Assembly: GCA_964589075.1 (NCBI GenBank)
Contig: CAZPQU010000004.1
Span: 59,090 to 123,089, forward strand
Origin: an uncultured Candidatus Izemoplasmatales bacterium
Lineage (GTDB): Bacteria > Bacillota_I > Bacilli_A > MAG-NZ
Direction of reading: 5' to 3'
Length of the DNA: 64,000 bases
Position 1 is the first letter of the stretch; every line of letters starts with the position of its first letter. Both the position numbers and the translations under genes were made by a program. Shown here piece by piece: positions 28,241 to 35,346 of the stretch. The notes under the pieces were generated by a model, which had not been told where the DNA came from, did no database searches, and saw only the letters and a list, made by a program, of their open reading frames with translations.

Positions 28241-28427
28241 CTACTGCATCTATGCAGTTTCCTTTCAATAACTTTGACCCTTGATAAGTAACAGTGTACT
28301 TCGGTTTTTCACCGGGACCTGTTTTCTTTCCAAATAATTTTACTACGTCTTTATAGCAAACTTCCTTTTTTTTATATGGAAAAGATTTTTTTCCAATAAA
28401 AATTGTTATCTCTTTTTCATTATTCAT
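28200..28427 (-). CDS. ubiquitin-like beta-grasp protein (single multiubiquitin-type domain)
   Basis: 75 aa. Alternating beta pattern ITIFIGKKSF...VCYKDVVKLFG...YTVTYQG...IDAVDGMVFSIGNTKGS. First gene of the operon. Confidence 0.45.
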   Translation of the reverse strand: MNNEKEITIFIGKKSFPYKKKEVCYKDVVKLFGKKTGPGEKPKYTVTYQGSKLLKGNCIDAVDGMVFSIGNTKGS

Positions 28428-28471
28428 TTTGTTACCTCCTTTTTCTATATTATATCACCTTCTATGCACTT

Positions 28472-28520
28472 GAAAAGTTACAAATTTTCTACTATTGTGT
28501 AAAGGATGTGGGGTTGAATA
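28472..28520 (-). promoter_or_regulatory. conserved cassette promoter-like module (TGTAAC module)
   Basis: Minus-sense CCTTTACACAATAGTAGAAAATTTGTAACTTTTCA. TTTACA-N17-TAACTT lies 45-90 nt upstream of the Ubl gene. Confidence 0.4.
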
Positions 28521-28551
28521 AAAAAAGACCTCTAATTTAGGGGTCATAGAA

Positions 28552-28642
28552 GTTGAACATTAGTACCTACATACAATAGGCTAAGGTTTTCAAAGAACTA
28601 CACCCCTAAGATATCAAATGAGGGGGACGTATTATGTTACAT
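28552..28642. repeat. 91-nt island repeat, copy 8
   Basis: 2 mismatches to the consensus. Confidence 0.9.
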
Positions 28643-28746
28643 TAAAAAAAAATCCCTTTTATCGGACTTTTTTTGATTCAGTTGATCTAAACTTCTTATA
28701 ATTAAAAGTTGACTAAAGTGTAACTTTTATAGCGAATTTCTCACCT

Positions 28747-30102
28747 TTAGAATCCCAGCCTTCGTGAATATCTTTCATATAAACTGAGCATTAAAATCTC
28801 TATTTCGGTCATCGGTACACCAATAATCTCTAGCATACATGCTGTATGCACTCTCCTCAATGTCAATACGTCTGCATAATCTATCGATGTAAAGTTCGTT
28901 TCAGAACCATGTGCAACATCATTTCTATTCTTTAGCACTCTTTGTACAATATCTTCAGGTTGCTTTTTGTTACCACGTAATCTCAGGTAGTATGAGAATT
29001 GCACACCATCCTTGAAAGAAACATTTAAGTATCTATTGAACATAAACTCGAGTTTAGTTCTAGTAGTCACTTTACTTATAGTACTAACAAGTTCAGCAAA
29101 ATCTTCTTTATATGTATCTCCATGTTCTTTTATTAGTGTTTTCTTTATCACTTTAATTTTTCCTAAATTTGAGTGACCCTTAAAGTGACCTTTGTCTATC
29201 TTCTTCTTCAATAGCTTGTATGAGTACTCAATTGCTGCAACAGCATTTAAAATATCAAATTTGCTATTACTCAACTCTTGGGATCTTACAATATAATCTA
29301 TGTCGACTTCCTTCTTATCTATTGCTTCAATCAAGTTACCGAACACATGCGAAATATCATCAAACATTAGTGAGTTAGAATAATTCTTATTATAAGTCCC
29401 TTCATCCCTAAAGTCTATCTCGCAAAATGTAGTTCCATAAACATACTCGTGACTCAGTACTATATATGATGCTTGGGTGAAATCATTCATCTTTCTTCTA
29501 AGTAAAAAACTAAAAACATAGTTTAGAAGACCTCTCAGGTAAACCATTTCATCGAATGAATTAATTTTCGAGAACTCAATATATGCTCTTGGTACCTCTT
29601 TATTATAATTGTTTTGGCTAGGAACATTACAATAGGAGATCCTCATAGTTGTTTCTATTTTCCCTAGATGTAGTTCATAGTTTTCTCCTATATGACATGC
29701 AAAAAGGTCTTCATCGACTTGTTGCATATTAAACAACTTTATTTTCTTTGGAGTTAAATAAAAGTCATCTAAAGCATCAGAGTAAAATCTCACCGCACCA
29801 GATTTATATAACTCGAAGGGATTGTTGTCTGAAGTAGCTTGCACTTTAAACGATGCATCGTAGGCTGATACTTTTTCATTAAAGAACCATTTCCCAATGC
29901 TACAATAACTAAAATAGTCTCTTTTATCTTCATCTAGTCTTACCCATTTGTGCGATATCAACCTTCTGAAATCCAGTTGATCCCCTAATTTTGGAAAATC
30001 ACCCTTTCTATCAAGCGTGAAATGAAGTTCATCTATATTGTAATAGTATCTACCCTTGTATCCTTCAAACTCGAACGGTCCACTCTTTGAAAAATTCTCC
30101 AT
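28747..30102 (-). CDS. HEPN-like (ApeA/Abi-type) protein, candidate abortive-infection effector
   Basis: C-terminal R-x4-H motif in VLKNRNDVAHGS. 451 aa, single-gene unit directly after repeat copy 8. Confidence 0.4.
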   Translation of the reverse strand: MENFSKSGPFEFEGYKGRYYYNIDELHFTLDRKGDFPKLGDQLDFRRLISHKWVRLDEDKRDYFSYCSIGKWFFNEKVSAYDASFKVQATSDNNPFELYKSGAVRFYSDALDDFYLTPKKIKLFNMQQVDEDLFACHIGENYELHLGKIETTMRISYCNVPSQNNYNKEVPRAYIEFSKINSFDEMVYLRGLLNYVFSFLLRRKMNDFTQASYIVLSHEYVYGTTFCEIDFRDEGTYNKNYSNSLMFDDISHVFGNLIEAIDKKEVDIDYIVRSQELSNSKFDILNAVAAIEYSYKLLKKKIDKGHFKGHSNLGKIKVIKKTLIKEHGDTYKEDFAELVSTISKVTTRTKLEFMFNRYLNVSFKDGVQFSYYLRLRGNKKQPEDIVQRVLKNRNDVAHGSETNFTSIDYADVLTLRRVHTACMLEIIGVPMTEIEILMLSLYERYSRRLGF

Positions 30103-30330
30103 ATCTTCACCTCTGCTAAAAGTATATCAAAAGCAACCTTAATTACAAAGGTTGCTTTTTTTGTGTTTTATTAGGCTGATCTTCGTATATCGATTGATTT
30201 AACACCATCTCAAGTTACATGTCACAGGATGCTCTCTATTACACAAAGCCATTGCCTATTGTCACTAGTATCATATCATCTATCTTTTTAATACTCATAC
30301 TTACGTTTTATTTCTTGTTAATCACATAGA

Positions 30331-30543
30331 TCATTCAAGCAGATTCTCCAAATTGTATGAATCACTACTCTTACTATACTTCACTTGTTCATATATATAC
30401 TCTTCTACCAGCATTGCATTTATAGAATTAATATACCTAGTTACTTGCCTCTCAGATATATTCAATCGAGTTGATAAATCTCTTCTACTTATCCCTACCC
30501 TTTTGACATATAAAATAATAAATACTTTAATGATATTTTCCAT
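30331..30543 (-). CDS. small HTH DNA-binding protein
   Basis: ISRRDLSTRLNISERQVTRYINSI helix-turn-helix pattern. Confidence 0.5.
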   Translation of the reverse strand: MENIIKVFIILYVKRVGISRRDLSTRLNISERQVTRYINSINAMLVEEYIYEQVKYSKSSDSYNLENLLE

Positions 30544-30700
30544 TGTTCCTCCTAGTGTAATTTAGATTCAAGCAATTTCCCCAATGGAACTAAGATAGCT
30601 ATTTGATTATAGTGTACTTTTACACACAACACAAAAGTAACTAAATATCCACTTTTCAAAAACAGAAACAGTGATATAATTTAAAAAAAGGAGGAGTAGA

Positions 30701-31015
30701 ATGAGTAATTATATAGTGTGCATTAAAGAAGATGACAACAAAGTTATTACAAAAGTAGGAATAAAAACGCAACTAAGGAATAGTGGGTATAAAGAATTAA
30801 TTTCTAGAGGGGAAGCTATAAAGTTAATTGAACAAAATGATAATTTCTTCTCTGCAATAAAGAATTCTAAGTTCACTAAGGAGAACGATGAAGATTATTT
30901 TTTAAAGGCTGCTAAAGTCTCGGTAGTATCAGTATCAGGCAAAAAATATATCCGAACAGACAAAAACGATACCGCAAAGGATAATCTAGATAATTTAAAA
31001 AAATGTACTTCTTAG
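30701..31015 (+). CDS. DUF3892-like protein
   Basis: AGGAGG RBS. Pattern ...VITKVGIK...ISRGEAIKLIEQNDNFFS...KYIRTDKNDTAKDNLDNL. Confidence 0.5.
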   Translation: MSNYIVCIKEDDNKVITKVGIKTQLRNSGYKELISRGEAIKLIEQNDNFFSAIKNSKFTKENDEDYFLKAAKVSVVSVSGKKYIRTDKNDTAKDNLDNLKKCTS

Positions 31016-31064
31016 GGATTGAGACATAAAAACTATAACTTAAAATAACGAAGGAGATTAAATT

Positions 31065-31451
31065 ATGGGAAGATGGTTCATAAAAGCATGGAAAAACAGA
31101 ATTGATGTAAAAGTGGCAAAAAAAAAGAACATGGTTAAAATTTCTGCATTTCAGACTTCAAAATACACTAAAACTATAAAAAAAACAGCGAGAAGACCGA
31201 TTGAAGTAGAAATCGATCCAGTTGTAGAAATAAAACAAGAGATTCTAGATCTCTTGAATGATATCAAGGTTAATATTGCAGATGAAACAGATGCAGAAGA
31301 ATTATTAGTGATATGTAAGGCGCTAGCTGTGATTGAGAATAAAATTGATGAATTTCAGAGAGACACTGTTGAAGAGCAGAAGCTATGGCTAAAACTTAAA
31401 GAAATTGCAGAGGAGTATTTATCATATGCAATCGACCCTGATAAAGATTAG
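31065..31451 (+). CDS. hypothetical acidic coiled-coil protein
   Basis: 128-aa ORF with a GGAG RBS. Confidence 0.4.
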   Translation: MGRWFIKAWKNRIDVKVAKKKNMVKISAFQTSKYTKTIKKTARRPIEVEIDPVVEIKQEILDLLNDIKVNIADETDAEELLVICKALAVIENKIDEFQRDTVEEQKLWLKLKEIAEEYLSYAIDPDKD

Positions 31452-31776
31452 TTTCACTATACTCTCATCTTGGTTGGCTATTTGTTTTATGCTACTGTTT
31501 AATACGATTATTCCTAGGGTAAGTATAAGTTCCTTTAATGTAATTTTATTTGGATTTAAATATACATTTGCAATATTAGTTTCAAGTTATTGGTTTTCCA
31601 AAATTGATAATACAGCGTTCATATCCTATATTAAAAGAATAAGTTTTCTTCTGACTTTAATATTATTCATGTATCCAGATCTAAATTCTAGGCTATTTTC
31701 AATGTTGATATTCTTAATTGCTACATTGATCGATAATAATAGGGTGCAAAACTATGTTTCATCAATAGTAAGATAG
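31405..31776 (+). CDS. small membrane protein
   Basis: 3-4 TM helices. The start is uncertain because the ORF overlaps the previous gene. Confidence 0.35.
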   Translation: MQRSIYHMQSTLIKISFTILSSWLAICFMLLFNTIIPRVSISSFNVILFGFKYTFAILVSSYWFSKIDNTAFISYIKRISFLLTLILFMYPDLNSRLFSMLIFLIATLIDNNRVQNYVSSIVR

Positions 31777-31812
31777 ATATATAAGTATTTTGATTGAGCT
31801 TTAGCAGTAAAT

Positions 31813-31834
31813 AAAAGACCAATTTTGGTCTTTT
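31813..31834. terminator. bidirectional terminator between convergent genes
   Basis: aaaagacc-aatt-ttggtctttt. Confidence 0.55.
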
Positions 31835-31853
31835 ATTATTGACTACTAATCCT

Positions 31854-33971
31854 TTAGAAAATAAGTTTGCTTGGTTGTAGCAGTTCCTTGTTTAGTGTTT
31901 TTCTCATTACGATCTCATTATTCATTAGAAGGTCTCTTACTTTCATTTTGCACTTGTTTGTAGATAACCAGTACTCCTTACTTACCGGCACTGCACAGAA
32001 TTCTAATGATGCCTTGTCGACTAATCCTCTATCAAACAACTGGTTGAACAGTTCTGCAGGTGTCAACTTGTTCCAAGTAGCCTTACCAGTAGTAGTTGGT
32101 TTAGAACTTATCTTCCTTGCAATAACTTTTGCATGTTTCATCAGTCCGGCTTTACTGATCAATTTTGTAAACTTCTTCCTATGATCAACCGACATCTGAG
32201 TAAGTAGTTTTATGTTTTTAGCATATCTTTCCTCTTCACTCATAAATATCTTAGGTACACTGATTAGTTCATCCATAATATCCTGAAGGGGTTTATATCC
32301 CATGTACTCAACGTCTGATAACTTCATGTCCATTGAGTCCCAGGTAGGTAAGTCTTTAAATGTTTCAGAATGCTTATCAGTTTTAGCTGTGCGAATGATT
32401 TTAAGATAATGGGTATTATATCGACCAAAGGTGTCACTCTTCCTCATAGTTAAACATAGGCCAAAACTACGGCTATTAAAGTCTCCACTGTCCTCAACCA
32501 TAACTCCCTGAAGTAACTTAGGGAAAGTAACTCTTCTACCAACGTCCTTAATGGATCTATAAACTCCAATTTGGAACTCTAGGTATCCTTTAGCATTAAG
32601 TCTATCTTGCAATGCTTTGGCTTTAGATATAATTTTCCTGTTCAGCTGTCTAGCCTTGTTTAAGAAAACTTTTCCTAGCTCAGTTTTAGTTATTTGACTA
32701 ACTGCTAATAAAGCCAACTTGAACGGTGCTGTAACCATGTTTTTATACCACGTCTTAACTTCTGTCCACTCTATCAATGCATACTCAAAAAACTTTTTAA
32801 TGAACCAGTTATTTAGTTTGAATACGCCAATATAGAATCCGATCAATTTTCTAATGTTTGGTGAAGTACATCGTTCTGTCTTCCCCATGACGTGCATGTA
32901 GCACAGGTGAAGTTCTCGAACCGCTTTAATTTGTCTCATTGGATCCTGAGTAACAGTATAATAATAAGAACTCTCTCCTAGTAAATGTCCTATCAGAGTA
33001 AAGAACTCTCTAATTCCTGATATATGTTTAACATAAGCCTCGTTCTTCTTATCTACATTTCCATTAAAGATAGCTGATTCAGTTTCAATCACGATCATTG
33101 AATGAATAAACGGGAACGAGTTGTCCTCTTTTATAGCTATCATTGATTGTTTAAATTTCTTGCTCATAACTAATTCTTGAATCTGTTGGTTTTTGTCTAG
33201 CTTCAGTACTTCGATTATTGGTTGATTACTTAAGATATAATTTGGAATATGAACATATCTAACATAATAGATAAAGTATTCAAACAACAAGTCCAGGTAT
33301 TGCTTTCCACCTGGTGTTATTCCATCCTTGTAGAACATTGTTGATTTACGTCCCTTTATGTAATCCTTAAGGAATTCAAGCCCCGTCACTTGATTCGACT
33401 TGGAATACTCCCCATCGATGAAGCATTCGTTTTGACTCATGGTGCTAATAAATGCACTCATAATCTTTTTTTCACTACTTTGGACGAACTTATGTCCATA
33501 ATGTAATATGTCCAGGTACTCATGAACTTTATCAAAGTCAATCATGAAGAGTTTATCTCTTAGCTCCTTCATCTTCTTTGCATCTTTTACCATGATGAGC
33601 TCTCTCATGATGTTCGCTGATCCAACAACAGATAAATCTTTACCAACACGTTGCGGACCACTTACTTGTCTCAGCATCGGTAAGAGCCCTGTGTCAGTTA
33701 ATACCTCAGCAGATTTCTTTCTTAAAATCTCACATTCGATTTTTTCTCCTATGAGTTTGTAAACTAGTTTAAAGAATAGAACGACCACACCAGTGATCGC
33801 TCCTATATATAATGTAATCTTTCCGATTACTATCCATGGTGTAAGTCCAACTAATCCTTGAAACACTAATATAAATACTACTGTTCCAACTGAAGCCTTT
33901 AGAAGTAGGATCCATTTTTGAAGTTTCTTATCAAATTTTTCAACACGTGATAACTCAATTTTAGTTTTCAT
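31854..33971 (-). CDS. membrane-anchored putative P-loop NTPase (candidate assembly or DNA-translocation ATPase)
   Basis: Two N-terminal TM helices, a Walker-A-like GPQRVGKD and a possible Walker B MIVIETE. Last gene of the long operon. Confidence 0.35.
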   Translation of the reverse strand: MKTKIELSRVEKFDKKLQKWILLLKASVGTVVFILVFQGLVGLTPWIVIGKITLYIGAITGVVVLFFKLVYKLIGEKIECEILRKKSAEVLTDTGLLPMLRQVSGPQRVGKDLSVVGSANIMRELIMVKDAKKMKELRDKLFMIDFDKVHEYLDILHYGHKFVQSSEKKIMSAFISTMSQNECFIDGEYSKSNQVTGLEFLKDYIKGRKSTMFYKDGITPGGKQYLDLLFEYFIYYVRYVHIPNYILSNQPIIEVLKLDKNQQIQELVMSKKFKQSMIAIKEDNSFPFIHSMIVIETESAIFNGNVDKKNEAYVKHISGIREFFTLIGHLLGESSYYYTVTQDPMRQIKAVRELHLCYMHVMGKTERCTSPNIRKLIGFYIGVFKLNNWFIKKFFEYALIEWTEVKTWYKNMVTAPFKLALLAVSQITKTELGKVFLNKARQLNRKIISKAKALQDRLNAKGYLEFQIGVYRSIKDVGRRVTFPKLLQGVMVEDSGDFNSRSFGLCLTMRKSDTFGRYNTHYLKIIRTAKTDKHSETFKDLPTWDSMDMKLSDVEYMGYKPLQDIMDELISVPKIFMSEEERYAKNIKLLTQMSVDHRKKFTKLISKAGLMKHAKVIARKISSKPTTTGKATWNKLTPAELFNQLFDRGLVDKASLEFCAVPVSKEYWLSTNKCKMKVRDLLMNNEIVMRKTLNKELLQPSKLIF

Positions 33972-34261
33972 TATCCTATCCCAATTAATGGAATGAGATA
34001 TTTCACCATCTCAAGCCAAGCTTCTATAAATTCAATATCAAATCCCGCTAAGGATATTATCCTTGCGAATACAGTCAGTCCAAATACCCAAGTAATGATC
34101 ACTCCTGATATTTTTATCTTCTTAAACAAATACAAAACTAAAATGAATATTATTAGGTACAAAATGAGTTTGATTACTGGAGCGACGTTATCCCAAACAA
34201 AGAACCCGTTCTGCATGTAGTCTATGAATTTTGCTATTTTACCAACATTCTCAAGATCCAT
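33971..34261 (-). CDS. small membrane protein
   Basis: 96 aa, 2-3 TM helices. Start and stop overlap the neighbouring genes. Confidence 0.45.
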   Translation of the reverse strand: MDLENVGKIAKFIDYMQNGFFVWDNVAPVIKLILYLIIFILVLYLFKKIKISGVIITWVFGLTVFARIISLAGFDIEFIEAWLEMVKYLIPLIGIG

Positions 34262-35346
34262 TAGGTTATAATCTCTGCAGACTTAATAAAGAAATCCAAT
34301 ACTCTAGAATCAAATAAATCTGCTCCATAAACTGCTATAAGTAATACTAAGACCACCACAGCTACTGCGATAGACTTCACAAAACTATTAGTCGTAAACA
34401 ACACAAATAAGAATGCAAGAATCACTCCAACCCACCAGTAGTCTTTTATAATTCTGTCGAGGTCGAATGATTCTCCACTAAATACTGTCGCAATAACTCC
34501 GGGCTCTTTTACTGTGAACGTCTCTTCCTCTTCTATTACTTCATTAATTACTGGTAGCTCGGCCGCACCTATTACTACAAGCCTCTCAGTGAACCCGACG
34601 TTACCCATAGAGTCAGTAACTGAATATCTTATGATATATACATCTTCTACTTCGATAGCTTCTCCTGGTGTGATTCCACCATATTCAATCACAACGTCGC
34701 TGGTTAGATCCACAACATTGTCACTATCAAATGTTGACTCAGCTGTAAACCCCGGTTCTACAAATACATATCCAACTTGGTGCTTAAACACGTCACCATG
34801 GTTAAGCTCAATATTTGGATACTTTTCAAGGTCATTGTGTTCGAATGTATAAGTTGCATACTCGACACCAGTTCCAGCAACAATATCAAATGCCTCATTA
34901 TGAAACTTTATCTCCTGCAGATACCATTTCCCATTAATTGATTGTGGTAACCCATCATGGAAGTTTAGCTCGTAAACCGCTTCAACATCATCAGGCAATC
35001 CTTTCCAGGCTGTTGATTCTTTTGTATAAGTAATTCCCTGAAGTAATGAAGCTCCCGTATAATACTGAGGAACAATCCTTTCGCCATTAATTACAAAATA
35101 CTCGATTTTATACTCCAAGGAATCGATTCCTTTTAAATCAAAGAATGGTGCTTTTTGGTTAAATCCAAGTGACAATTTATAATAAGTTCCTCCGCCCCAT
35201 GGAGTCTTTGTTTCAAATTCCATATATATAAGTTCAGGATGATCGGCAGGTACAATCTGCCTATCTCCATATCCTACAGTTGTACTTGCATTTACTGAAG
35301 GTAGTAATAACATAAAGAACATCAATATCATTATCAGCTTTTTCAT
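34261..35346 (-). CDS. secreted, C-terminally TM-anchored protein with an Ig-like (DUF5011-type) domain
   Basis: Signal peptide. Segment VFVEPGFTAESTFDSDNVVDLTSDVVIEYGG...YIIRYSVTDSMGNVGFTERLVVI. C-terminal TM helices. Confidence 0.5.
   Translation of the reverse strand: MKKLIMILMFFMLLLPSVNASTTVGYGDRQIVPADHPELIYMEFETKTPWGGGTYYKLSLGFNQKAPFFDLKGIDSLEYKIEYFVINGERIVPQYYTGASLLQGITYTKESTAWKGLPDDVEAVYELNFHDGLPQSINGKWYLQEIKFHNEAFDIVAGTGVEYATYTFEHNDLEKYPNIELNHGDVFKHQVGYVFVEPGFTAESTFDSDNVVDLTSDVVIEYGGITPGEAIEVEDVYIIRYSVTDSMGNVGFTERLVVIGAAELPVINEVIEEEETFTVKEPGVIATVFSGESFDLDRIIKDYWWVGVILAFLFVLFTTNSFVKSIAVAVVVLVLLIAVYGADLFDSRVLDFFIKSAEIIT

Noticed and set aside
10688-28642. Possible CRISPR array, given eight regularly recurring identical repeats.
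   Set aside because: The repeats are 91 nt long. The 'spacers' range from 0.35 to 6.6 kb and contain complete genes with their own terminators. No cas genes were seen.
10688-28642. Possible classical integron, with attC sites plus IntI.
   Set aside because: GTTGAAC does fit the GTTRRRY core. However, the repeat lacks the extended imperfect palindrome (R''-L''/L'-R') of attC sites, the cassettes carry their own promoters and terminators, and several hold multi-gene operons. The integrase has only about 92 residues between the box I Arg and the H-x-x-R, which is Xer/phage-like spacing with no room for the IntI-specific insertion. The array is therefore integron-like in layout only.
31854-33971. 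Assignment of the 705-aa protein as a Zot/pI-type or VirD4-type ATPase.
   Set aside because: The Walker-A-like motif ends in GKD rather than GK(S/T). It lies after the TM helices, not at the N-terminus as in Zot. No relaxase or VirB4 partner is present. The call is kept as a generic putative P-loop membrane protein.
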